Virus record (IMG/VR): IMGVR_UViG_3300025030_000128 | Span: 1-56,546 of that record | DNA: 56,546 bases | From: a virus | Lineage: Duplodnaviria; Caudoviricetes | Direction: 5' to 3' (one strand) | Part shown: piece by piece, positions 15,447-24,179 of the stretch | Numbering within the stretch: the stretch's first letter is position 1 | Layout of the letters: each line of letters begins with the position of its first letter | Program-made: the position numbers and the translations under genes | Notes under the pieces: generated by a model | Told to the model about the DNA's origin: nothing | Seen by the model: the letters and a program-made list of their open reading frames with translations, nothing else | Databases searched by the model: none

Positions 15447-15917
15447 TTACGGCTGTTGAAGGGCCTGAATGAGCGGAATCAGTTCCGCCGAATAGGATTT
15501 GACGCAGGCCCAGATTTCCATTGATGTTGGCAGCGGTCGTTTGTTGGGAAACATCCACACCCCGTCGACGTCCCGCAGATTGAGGCGGTCGCCGTCAATG
15601 TGTCTAAGGATGCAGTCGAGGTAGTTTGTCATGGTGCTCTTGAGTTTGAGATACTGGACGGCGCCGGTCAGGATGTCAACAAGGTGGGAGTCGTGCTCGT
15701 GGGCCGCCCGTATGGCCTCGAATGTCCTGATTTTAACATCTGGCAGATGGATTTGGAAGTGCCTTGCAAAGAAGTGCTGGATCTGCTTGGGGGAGTCCCA
15801 GTTGATCGCCGGCAGAAGTTCCAGGGTGAAGTCGATGGAGGCCCGGTACTCAGTCTTCAGTTGGCGGACTCGTTCGATGTCGAAGATGAGGTAGGGAGCG
15901 ACCGCCTCTTCAGCCAT
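15447..15917 (-). CDS. Stand-alone family A DNA polymerase thumb-like protein
   Basis: INWDSPKQ and Y.KLKS..TNYLD motifs; no palm motifs. Confidence 0.55.
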   Translation of the reverse strand: MAEEAVAPYLIFDIERVRQLKTEYRASIDFTLELLPAINWDSPKQIQHFFARHFQIHLPDVKIRTFEAIRAAHEHDSHLVDILTGAVQYLKLKSTMTNYLDCILRHIDGDRLNLRDVDGVWMFPNKRPLPTSMEIWACVKSYSAELIPLIQALQQP

Positions 15918-16461
15918 GGCCTTCCTCCAGCTTTGACAGTTCCTTCTTCAGCTCTTCTACCCGGCGGGCATCAAGTTCTTTCTGAACCTGGGCCTTGTAG
16001 TGATTGAAGAGAATCTTGTACTGCACTCGCGCCTCAGATGCGTTTTCGTGGGTAAAATAAAGCGCGTGGTTGGCGGAGTCGATGTATTTCGGGTTCAGCT
16101 TTTTCAGCTCGACGAAGAAGGTATTGAAGCTCTGGGTTGGGTAGTCGTTATGGAAGGAGTAAGCGCCACAGGGGAAGGAAATGCGGTAAAGCCATTCGTC
16201 TTCTGGTTGGCTGTCGTCGTCGGACCAAGAGATAGTGCGGCAATGTTTTGCACCCCAGAGAGCTAGGTCGGAATATTCGTCGACTTTGAGATAGTCGCCG
16301 AAGACGGTTGTCAGTTCCATCTTGAACTTTTCTTTCAACTCTTCCGTAAGGATGACGGCCTCAACCGCATACCTGTTGTCGATCGATTCTTTCAGAATGC
16401 CTTTAGCGAGAAGGTCATTCAACATCTCCAAGAGTTTTTGGTAGTGCTGGATTTTGGTCAT
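15910..16461 (-). CDS. Hypothetical protein
   Basis: ATG 16461 (MTKIQHYQK...) with AAGGA RBS. Confidence 0.7.
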   Translation of the reverse strand: MTKIQHYQKLLEMLNDLLAKGILKESIDNRYAVEAVILTEELKEKFKMELTTVFGDYLKVDEYSDLALWGAKHCRTISWSDDDSQPEDEWLYRISFPCGAYSFHNDYPTQSFNTFFVELKKLNPKYIDSANHALYFTHENASEARVQYKILFNHYKAQVQKELDARRVEELKKELSKLEEGHG

Positions 16462-16513
16462 TGCGTTTCCTTTCTTGGTTGTCTTTGGGCTTAGGGGAAA
16501 GCGAAAGGCGGGG

Positions 16514-17020
16514 TCAAGAACGGTTCCAGGTAACCTCTCTGACCTTCTTCCGAAGGGCGAAGAACTTGTCGGTGCGGGCCGGATCTTCTTGGGTGACATT
16601 TTCAATGAAGTGCCAGCAGTCCTGAATCGTATCGAGCAGGACTTGCTCGTCGAGCTTCTTCGTTCTCGGGGTCACCCCTTCGATTAGATCCAGCTCCCGC
16701 TCCATCGTATTGATCGCGCCCGCCAAATCGCCTTCTTCCCAACAGGCGAGGACATTGCGGCAGGCGTCTCTCAAGGCTTGGTGGGGAATAGGCGGGCGTG
16801 GTTGGTTCATGGCTTTGCTGCTTACAAGCTGACGTTCGGCCTTTAAGATAGCTTCGTTTTCCTCGTATTCTTTTTGCGCCTCTTCTTGGGTTTTTTCGAA
16901 GCTGAGACAGGTACGTTGAGAGCTTAAGTTTTGGTGCCGTCGGAAGGTGTTGTCTTTGTTTAAGGAGCGTTTTGCGCGGCACCAAGGGCAGAATACTTTA
17001 CGATATTTTGTAACCGTCAC
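16514..17020 (-). CDS. Hypothetical protein with N-terminal CPWC..H..C Zn finger
   Basis: GTG start overlapping the upstream stop; N-terminus similar to 18098..18289. Confidence 0.55.
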   Translation of the reverse strand: MTVTKYRKVFCPWCRAKRSLNKDNTFRRHQNLSSQRTCLSFEKTQEEAQKEYEENEAILKAERQLVSSKAMNQPRPPIPHQALRDACRNVLACWEEGDLAGAINTMERELDLIEGVTPRTKKLDEQVLLDTIQDCWHFIENVTQEDPARTDKFFALRKKVREVTWNRS

Positions 17021-17385
17021 TTGTCTACCTCCTCTGAAAAGTGGGTTTCGGCCATGCGGGCGCACATCTCGAAGTCGATGCCGTTGGCGTGGCAGTAGTG
17101 ACGCAGATCGGCCAGCATTTCTGTGATAATCTCGTCGTCGACTTCAAGGCCGTCGATGTAGTCAGGATGTGCGATGCAGTATGCCCCGATGGCGTGCTCC
17201 GCTCGATCTGCTCTGGACTGGTTACTCGGTTCATCCTTCTTTTCGATGCAGTGGTTGCACAGACGCCACAGGCCGTTCATGCTGTCCATGTTGGGCTCAT
17301 CCCCTTGGTACGTCGTTAGAGTGGTCACAATAGCCCCACAGCTGTCGCAGACCAAGGTTTCGCCTTTGATCTCTCGCCCGCCCAT
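17017..17385 (-). CDS. Hypothetical protein (Zn ribbon plus LADLRHYC helical domain)
   Basis: CDSC...CNHC; AAGGAG RBS. Confidence 0.65.
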   Translation of the reverse strand: MGGREIKGETLVCDSCGAIVTTLTTYQGDEPNMDSMNGLWRLCNHCIEKKDEPSNQSRADRAEHAIGAYCIAHPDYIDGLEVDDEIITEMLADLRHYCHANGIDFEMCARMAETHFSEEVDK

Positions 17386-17460
17386 ATTCTCTCCTTTCAT
17401 AGGCCCGATTGCCTTGATGCTACCCCCTGTCGCCAAGGGGCAGACTCAAATCAATTGAGA

Positions 17461-18066
17461 TTACCAGGACGCCCTGTATTCGAAGTCGCAGTCCTTGAGC
17501 AAAGGATCAGACAGCGCCTTGGTGATGATCTCCACGGTGTTCTGAAGGTCCTGGATGTACCACATGTCATAGTCGGTCGAGCCGAAGAAGAGGCCTTCCG
17601 TGGTGGGCAACTTCTCCATGGCGGCTTCCGCCCCGAAAACGATCTTTCCGTCGATGATGATGTCTTCCCACTTGCCATTGGCAAAGTGCTGGCCGTTGCG
17701 CACTTTGCCGTCGATCAGCAGCGACTTCGACAGAACTTCTTCGCACAGCCGCTTAAGCTCTTCGAGTTGCGACCGCTCGACATGAACCGGTTGGCAGTCG
17801 TCTTCTCCTTCAGCCACCTGGTCGACAAACCATTTGTGAATCGCATTGGCCTTGCGCCAGTAGCCAACCCGCAATGTGATGTCTTCGACTTGGGAAAGGT
17901 TGGTCATCTGGATAAAGGGTTCTTCCGGGCCGGTCGGCTCGTACTCGTTTTTGTCGTGGTTGTACTTGACCGGCCGTTTTTTAATGTCAATCGTTCCGGT
18001 AATGCCGTTGTGCTCGTAGCAGCCGCCGATGTAGAGCTTTGCCGACAAAAATTGATCCAAACCCAT
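17461..18066 (-). CDS. Conserved phage protein (MGLD..YWRKANAIHKWF family)
   Basis: YWRKANAIHKWFV and FFGSTDYD.WY motifs; AAGGAGG RBS. Confidence 0.75.
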   Translation of the reverse strand: MGLDQFLSAKLYIGGCYEHNGITGTIDIKKRPVKYNHDKNEYEPTGPEEPFIQMTNLSQVEDITLRVGYWRKANAIHKWFVDQVAEGEDDCQPVHVERSQLEELKRLCEEVLSKSLLIDGKVRNGQHFANGKWEDIIIDGKIVFGAEAAMEKLPTTEGLFFGSTDYDMWYIQDLQNTVEIITKALSDPLLKDCDFEYRASW

Positions 18067-18097
18067 AGTAGTCCTCCTTGGTAAGTGGTTAGGGTTT

Positions 18098-18289
18098 CTA
18101 CTTCTTGTCTTGTGCAGAGCAGGCCGCCTCGTAGATCTTGAACGTCCTCACAGCCTCTTCAGGGGCCCTCTGTGACCCTCGGCAGGGATGGTTGCGGCCA
18201 GGGGCATCGTTGTGGTAGCGAAAGACGCCCGCCTTCGTCAATGCCTTCTTGCTGCGGCACCAGGGGCAGAACTTACGAAGAGACGTCAT
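18098..18289 (-). CDS. Small Zn-finger protein
   Basis: CPWC...FRYH...C.GS. Confidence 0.55.
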   Translation of the reverse strand: MTSLRKFCPWCRSKKALTKAGVFRYHNDAPGRNHPCRGSQRAPEEAVRTFKIYEAACSAQDKK

Positions 18290-18498
18290 TGTCCTCTCCC
18301 TCGGCTCCAGGGTTGGCTGTCGGGCCGACACCACGGACAAAGCGATATTGCATGCCCATTGCACCTAGCGAATGCTCCTTGGCTATCTGCGTCGCCAGGG
18401 TAGACGGTTTTGCAGTCGACACATTGGACCGATGGGTCAGAGCCCGCCGATCGTCCGTCTGGATGATGCGTGTATCTCACGAGCTTTCCAGTTTTCAT
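18286..18498 (-). CDS. Small Cys-rich protein
   Basis: CVDC...CPWC; ATGA overlaps on both sides. Confidence 0.55.
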   Translation of the reverse strand: MKTGKLVRYTHHPDGRSAGSDPSVQCVDCKTVYPGDADSQGAFARCNGHAISLCPWCRPDSQPWSRGRGQ

Positions 18499-18788
18499 GG
18501 TGCATTCCTTTCGTCGTAAATTCTGTTGAGTTCAGCGATCGCCCATTCGTAGTCGAGACCGTACAACTTGGCAAACGACCGCTTACCGAGGTCGTGCCGC
18601 GCTCTGTGGTGCTCATTACAGAGAGGAAGGCAGCGACGGTCAGAACACTTTAGTCCTTTGGCGCCGCCGCCCTTCTCGGGCTCGTGGTGAGGTTCAATTG
18701 GGCCAGGTTTGTGACAGATGAGGCAGATGGTGTTGCGGATCCAGGCTTTGTATTTCTCGTCACGGAGCGTCTGTGGCTTGGGGAACAT
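18495..18788 (-). CDS. DUF968-like HNH/Zn nuclease
   Basis: Y..WIR...CLIC...HHE...K.SD..CLPLC..HH..RH. Confidence 0.7.
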   Translation of the reverse strand: MFPKPQTLRDEKYKAWIRNTICLICHKPGPIEPHHEPEKGGGAKGLKCSDRRCLPLCNEHHRARHDLGKRSFAKLYGLDYEWAIAELNRIYDERNAP

Positions 18789-19164
18789 GAGTTAATCCTT
18801 TGGTAGGAATGAGCGTGGCGACCAGCAGGCACTGTTTACAGACAAGCACGCCGAGGCCTTCAGCGGCCCGCATGGCAATCTCAAAATCACGAGATCCACA
18901 CCGCACGCATTCGTAGATTTCTTCTCCGCTTTCCATAGGTTCTCCTTTCGTTGGGTTAAAAAAGATAGTCTTTGTAGTCTCGCAAAATTTCGCGAATCTC
19001 TTCCACCATCGCTCTCGGCCCCATCGTGCAAAAATACAGAGGAACCATCACAAGCAAAACCAATACAAGTTTTATGAATCGAAACATTTGATCCTCCTGT
19101 TGCTAGGGTAGGGGGTTGAGCCCTCTAGGGTGCCTCCCTCCGAAGAGGGAAGCACGAACAGGGT

Positions 19165-19989
19165 TCAAGCGGCCTGCTTCAATTCTGCCATGCGCTCCGC
19201 CATCAGCCAAAGCGCTTTATTCAATTTCACGTCCTGGTCAACACCAGTAATGGCCCGGGTGGTCATGCGGCGACGGGTGCGGCCCTGAGACTGACCGTGG
19301 ATGCCGCCCTTGACGATGTTCTCCTGCACCTTGTTGAGCGTTGTGAAAAGGCTGAGGTCCTTGTCCTCGTATCTCCGGGAGTTCAACAACTGCACCGGAT
19401 TGATCGGCGGAGCTTCAGGATAGCGAAGCGATAAAGCGGCCTCGGCGAAGATCCCCTGCTCATTGGGCGTGAGGGTAATCGCTTGGAACTGTTCGACCTG
19501 ATCCTGAATCCGCGGGACTTCTCCGCCGATAGCAAAGGCCGCCCGCATCGCTTCTTCCAACACGCTGCCGCTGTGCCGAATGGAGACCTTCTCAAACGTC
19601 GAGTCCGCTACGATCATTCCGTTGGAACAGACTAGGCGAAAGAGGCCGGCGTGCATTTGATAGGCAGAAGCCCCGTCGTGCGAGTTGACCAGGATGATCT
19701 CGGGGAAGAGATCGCCCTTCATCGGAGCGGCGTCCGCATGTCTAAGGCGAATGAGGTGCTTGACGTAGCCATGCTTGTCGTCGATCCGGGTGCGGGCTTC
19801 AAAGGCCCTGAAGGGCTGATAGCCTTCGCTGCGCATCGCTTCAATGACGTCGATAGTTGGAACGAAGCCGTACTTGTCCGACATCTTGTGATAGGGCTCC
19901 AGGGCGAAGATACTGGGCGCCATACGCATCAGCATGGCGTTGTCGAGCGGGGTCGTACCTGTGCTGCGGGACTGGCGTATGAAGCTCAT
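19165..19989 (-). CDS. DUF932 (DUF945/YubP-like) family protein
   Basis: APSIFA, S.KY.FVPT, KHLIRLR, NSHDG.SAYQM.AGLFRLVCSNG and LNKALW motifs. Confidence 0.9.
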   Translation of the reverse strand: MSFIRQSRSTGTTPLDNAMLMRMAPSIFALEPYHKMSDKYGFVPTIDVIEAMRSEGYQPFRAFEARTRIDDKHGYVKHLIRLRHADAAPMKGDLFPEIILVNSHDGASAYQMHAGLFRLVCSNGMIVADSTFEKVSIRHSGSVLEEAMRAAFAIGGEVPRIQDQVEQFQAITLTPNEQGIFAEAALSLRYPEAPPINPVQLLNSRRYEDKDLSLFTTLNKVQENIVKGGIHGQSQGRTRRRMTTRAITGVDQDVKLNKALWLMAERMAELKQAA

Positions 19990-20180
19990 GGTTGATCTCC
20001 TTTCAGGGCGATGATGCGGGTGTGCATCTCGGCGATGGCGCTGTGCGGGCTCTTTTTCCCCATTTCTTTGTAGGTGGCCGAAACGATCATGGCGGCCTTA
20101 TACTTGGCGCGACTGAAGCCCGCTTCGTAGCCTTCCTGGCGGGCCTGCTCCAACCTGATTCGATCTTCGTCATTACTCAT
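19986..20180 (-). CDS. Hypothetical protein
   Basis: 64 aa ORF with ATGA overlaps. Confidence 0.6.
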   Translation of the reverse strand: MSNDEDRIRLEQARQEGYEAGFSRAKYKAAMIVSATYKEMGKKSPHSAIAEMHTRIIALKGDQP

Positions 20181-20797
20181 TGGGTAACCTCCGGAAAGAG
20201 GACCGCCTTCATTACCAGGTAACCACTGTCGCCCGGGTGAATGCCGTCGTAGAGATAGAGGATCTGGCCATAGTCGTTGAGAAACAAGGGGTAGAGGTTG
20301 ATGTACTCGACTGAAGGGTAGTTCACGAGCATCTTCTGAATCTGCTGGTTGGTCTCGACGATGGTGGTCAAGGGAATGCGGTCGGTCGGCAAGATGCTTT
20401 CGACGTGGATCTTGGTCGACGATGGCAACTGCAGGATCATCTTCTCGATGTTCTCGACGACATGTTGTGTCGGCCTGTCCCAGCCTTCACCAAAGGCACA
20501 GAGATCGTTGACGCCGATCATCAAGTATAACTCGTCAGGTTCTTCCTTGACGACCAGCCAGAAGCGCGCCAGGACGTCGGTGGTCTTGTCGCCCGGGACA
20601 CCGCGGTTGATGGCGCCTTCGGGAAGATACTGTTGCGGCCAGCCGGCGGTGATACTGTCGCCCAGCATCATGATTCCGCCGCGGTGATTTTCCGAAGCCC
20701 AGCGCGGCACCAACCAGGTTCCCGGCTTGGGGTCTTCCGAGTCACCACCACCACAGGCTGACAAGAGCAGGGCAACCAGAACAATCCATCGCTTCAT
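20177..20797 (-). CDS. Lipoprotein with SGNH/GDSL hydrolase domain
   Basis: Lipobox LLSAC; GDSIT, NRGVPGD, GVND and DGIHP blocks. Confidence 0.85.
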   Translation of the reverse strand: MKRWIVLVALLLSACGGGDSEDPKPGTWLVPRWASENHRGGIMMLGDSITAGWPQQYLPEGAINRGVPGDKTTDVLARFWLVVKEEPDELYLMIGVNDLCAFGEGWDRPTQHVVENIEKMILQLPSSTKIHVESILPTDRIPLTTIVETNQQIQKMLVNYPSVEYINLYPLFLNDYGQILYLYDGIHPGDSGYLVMKAVLFPEVTQ

Positions 20798-21147
20798 CGA
20801 TCATCTCCTTGAGCTTCAGTCGCCTCAACAAAAGCGATACCGATCTCTTCACTAAGGTTGAGACCGTCAAGATAGACGACAAAGGCGCTGTAGACGCGAT
20901 AGACGACTCCGGGGCCGATCCCGCCAGCTGCCTTGATCACATCTGCCGCGAACATCGCCGCATAGTCCATCACCGGGTCGATATCATAATCCTTAATTGA
21001 CCACAAGACCGACTCGCGCGTGGCGCCTTTGATATCGAAGAGGCACGTCTGCTTATCCAAGCCCGCCTCCTTGAGCCTGTCCTTAACCCAAGTGGGTACT
21101 TCATCTCTCAAGGCCGCCAATAGATCAACCTGTTTTGAAATTCTCAC
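20794..21147 (-). CDS. Hypothetical protein
   Basis: GTG start after AAGGAGG. Confidence 0.55.
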   Translation of the reverse strand: MRISKQVDLLAALRDEVPTWVKDRLKEAGLDKQTCLFDIKGATRESVLWSIKDYDIDPVMDYAAMFAADVIKAAGGIGPGVVYRVYSAFVVYLDGLNLSEEIGIAFVEATEAQGDDR

Positions 21148-21333
21148 ACAACACCTCCTTTTTTTGGTTGTATTCACCGTCTGCCTGGTTACAAGAGGCA
21201 TTATAAGCCTTATCTTCAACTTCAAAGATACCCCCGGCATTCAGGACAATACTTCATCGAAGATTCTTTCTACTGGAGAGAAGAACGAAAATCCGTCAAT
21301 AGATACCGAAAGCAACCGGTCAGAGCAACGCAG

Positions 21334-21363
21334 AAAAGGGCGACCCCCGAAGGAGCCGCCCCA
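21334..21363 (-). terminator. Intrinsic terminator
   Basis: GGGCGGCTCC-TTCG-GGGGTCGCCC-TTTT on the minus strand. Confidence 0.7.
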
Positions 21364-21616
21364 GTCTTACCGCTTTAGTAACAGGTAGACGTTGCCTTTC
21401 TGTTCGATGCGTTTACAGTCGCCGATAGGGATGTGTTTCCCTTGAAGGTTGGGAACGGCGCGCTCGATCTGGTCTTGTTGATAGTGTGCACGGATACTGG
21501 TCGGAATGAATTTCATGGGTGGCCTCCTTGGCGGTCGAAGAGAATGCCTACGGCCTGGTAGCGCAGTAAATCAGCACCACCAGACCGCAGGCGAGCAGGA
21601 AAACTGCCACTTAGAA

Positions 21617-21940
21617 CTAGACTTCGCCATTGCCGGCTTCGCAGCCTTCCGCGGATGTGGTGGTCATACCGGCGATGTAGGCATCGACGTCGAACGGAAT
21701 TGCTTCACCGACTTCACGGCTGAGGACCTTGCACGAGCCGGTGGGGATGAGGTACTGGCCGACCTGAGCCAGACCTTCCATTTCGATCACGAAGCCTTCG
21801 CGCTGGCAGGGAGTGGCCTCACCGAAGAGTTTCTTGGGCAAGCGGATCGACGGGGAGTTGTTGCCGAGTTCTTTGATGCGGGCGAGGACGTTGGAGGAGG
21901 TTTCCGAGACGTGGTTGACGGCGGCGTGGAAAACTTTCAT
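21617..21940 (-). CDS. Hypothetical early protein
   Basis: AAGGAG RBS; 107 aa. Confidence 0.6.
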   Translation of the reverse strand: MKVFHAAVNHVSETSSNVLARIKELGNNSPSIRLPKKLFGEATPCQREGFVIEMEGLAQVGQYLIPTGSCKVLSREVGEAIPFDVDAYIAGMTTTSAEGCEAGNGEV

Positions 21941-22051
21941 GGTGATTCTCCTTCTGCGCAGTCGTGCGCGGTTGAGTGCCCAGTATTGGGCGGGATGATG
22001 GATCGGAGACGAAAACCCCGGAACAAAACGGGAGCCTTCATTTTAAGAAGA

Positions 22052-22237
22052 TCATCGGGTTGGCAGTCCGCAGACTGAACACGAGGCCGCCCAGACATCC
22101 GTTTGTCGTTTGCAGCGGCGGCAATAGGCGAAATGGGCTGGTTTGACGGTGATGGGAAGGTGGGCCGCTGCGAGCCTCATAACCTCTTTAGCTGCGTCGT
22201 AGCAGTCAAGCATGGCGCCGTTGACGATGGTTTGCAT
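22052..22237 (-). CDS. Small Zn-ribbon protein
   Basis: CRRC...CSVC; AGGAGG RBS. Confidence 0.55.
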   Translation of the reverse strand: MQTIVNGAMLDCYDAAKEVMRLAAAHLPITVKPAHFAYCRRCKRQTDVWAASCSVCGLPTR

Positions 22238-22756
22238 AAGTCCTCCTAGTCGATGGGTGGTAGACAGGGGTTCGCCCGCCTGATTGACTCGTAGGCCGCT
22301 TCAGCACAGGTATCGCAGAAGCAAGGCTCGTGAGCTTCGACCGCATAGAGTCTTCCGAGGTTGAAGATTAAGAGAGCGGCCAAACAAGCGGTAAGGATAG
22401 CGGCGGTGAGTTTCACGGTTGTCTCCTTGTGATGAAGGGAAAGGAACGAAAACCCCGAGACAAGACTGGGAATCTCGACCTTGAAAGGTTAAGCCCAGAA
22501 GTTAAGCCCGCCCGCCTACTTCTCTGTCTTTTTTTACCCATTAGAACTCAAGTAAAGTAGTCTCTGAAAGTTCAAGAAAGCTCAATGAAATCAACAGTGA
22601 AGTGTTATCTATTATTAAATAAAACTCCGTTGTCACTCCAACTATGCTAAATTACTCACATTATACACATAATGGAGTAGCGGCCGAAGTGGCGACCGAG
22701 CCCCTTTTTGCCCCTTCCGAAGGCCCGAGAGTGTCATGCGAGTATTCAGAAAACCA

Positions 22757-22802
22757 TTGACTTGTCCGTACAGGAAGACTAAGGTTTGATCCAACCTGTA
22801 CG
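22757..22802 (+). promoter_or_regulatory. Sigma70-like promoter with overlapping operator-like inverted repeat
   Basis: TTGACT-17 nt-TAAGGT; CGTACAGG...CCTGTACG inverted repeat upstream of the RHH gene. Confidence 0.55.
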
Positions 22803-22816
22803 TACGGAGGAGAGAA

Positions 22817-23143
22817 ATGCAAGAACGAATCGAACTAAGGATTGATGCCGAGAAGAAGCAGAAGTGGGCTGAGGCGGCCTCTGCCGTAGGGATGTCGCTG
22901 TCTGACTTCATCAGGGAAGCAACCGACCAAAGGGCAGCGACGGGAGTTGAGGCCGCACCAAAGGCTGTGTCCCCAAAGGCCAAGGTAGCCACCCAGAAGG
23001 CACCCCCCCCGGTGAAGACGGCAGCGCAGGCAGCGGCCCAGGTTGCGACTGTGGCGGCCAGCAAGCCCTACAGCAAACCACATCACGGCATGTGCGTGTG
23101 TGACGAATGCGAAGCCAAGCGGCCAGTCAGGTTGATCCGCTGA
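22817..23143 (+). CDS. Ribbon-helix-helix DNA-binding protein
   Basis: RIELRI..EKKQKW..AA...GMSLSDFIREA. Confidence 0.75.
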   Translation: MQERIELRIDAEKKQKWAEAASAVGMSLSDFIREATDQRAATGVEAAPKAVSPKAKVATQKAPPPVKTAAQAAAQVATVAASKPYSKPHHGMCVCDECEAKRPVRLIR

Positions 23144-23245
23144 CCACCACCCCCGCACCCCCTGCGCAAGGGGGGTGGTGAAATAAATGAATCCCCTCGT
23201 TAGAATCTACGTAGAATTTTTCTCGCGTGACATGGAGTTTTTTAG

Positions 23246-23518
23246 ATGATCAAATATCGGATTATTCAGGCTCGTTTTTTGGCGCACATGACAAGCGATG
23301 ATTATTTGCTTGAGGGGATAGCAATACCGACCAGGGCGTTTGAGCGGCGAGGCTTTGGGCCGATGGGGTTTTCGGTGGTAATACACCCGTCGCACATTTT
23401 GGAGGGGAAAAAGGGCGTGGCGTTTCGGAAGGAGCTGGACGCCAACCTTCAGATAGCGTGGGGGCGGAAGCCGAATAAGGATGGAAGTGTGACATATGAT
23501 ATGGAGGTCGACAAATGA
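23246..23518 (+). CDS. Hypothetical protein
   Basis: GGAG RBS; ATGA overlap with the next gene. Confidence 0.6.
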   Translation: MIKYRIIQARFLAHMTSDDYLLEGIAIPTRAFERRGFGPMGFSVVIHPSHILEGKKGVAFRKELDANLQIAWGRKPNKDGSVTYDMEVDK

Positions 23519-23682
23519 AAGTCGAATTGAGTAGAGATGGGGTTTTGGCGCTTACTCCTGAGACAGAGGCAGAGGCACAGGATTTGAACAGGTGGTTCGC
23601 GGCGTACATGGGCCACGGAACGGAGACGGAGGGGTATTGGGGATCTCTCAGGATAAAGAAGTTTGAATTGTGCCCGCTATGA
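23515..23682 (+). CDS. Small hypothetical protein (55 aa, TPETEA motif; not in ORF track)
   Basis: MKVELSRDGVLALTPETEAEAQDL...; ATGA overlaps at both ends. Confidence 0.6.
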   Translation: MKVELSRDGVLALTPETEAEAQDLNRWFAAYMGHGTETEGYWGSLRIKKFELCPL

Positions 23683-24179
23683 ACAGCCCAGAAGATCGCA
23701 GTAAAGGCGGGCAGGCCCGGGCAGGGAAGGCGCGGGTTGGCGTTCTGGAGGGACAGATCCCCGAGCGGGAGATGATCGTTCTGGAGAAGCGGTTTGTGGA
23801 GGGGGCGACGCTGGAGGAGTGCGCGCGGGCGGCCGGGTACGAGGGGAATGTAGGGACGATGAAGGTGCGGGCGCATCAGATCATCGACAAGCATAAGAAC
23901 GCGAACGGAGAGCTGCTACTGGCGATGTCGAAGCGGGGGATCGATGCCGGCACCCTGGCGGACAAGATTGTTGAAGGTCTGCAGTCGACTATGTTCGTGA
24001 AGAAGAAGGTCGACAAGGACCGGGAGGAGTTAGTGGAGGTCCCAGACAATCACGCCCGCCACAAGTTTGTGGAGACGGTGGTGGATATCTCAGGAGCCCG
24101 GGCGCCGAAGAAGATCGAGATCGAGTCGAAGTCGTTTGAGCAGAGACTTTTGGAGATTACATTACGGAGGGAAGGATGA
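23679..24179 (+). CDS. terS: Terminase small subunit (probable)
   Basis: HTH-like ECARAAGY, PDNHARHKFVET..DI.G; upstream of terL. Confidence 0.65.
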   Translation: MNSPEDRSKGGQARAGKARVGVLEGQIPEREMIVLEKRFVEGATLEECARAAGYEGNVGTMKVRAHQIIDKHKNANGELLLAMSKRGIDAGTLADKIVEGLQSTMFVKKKVDKDREELVEVPDNHARHKFVETVVDISGARAPKKIEIESKSFEQRLLEITLRREG

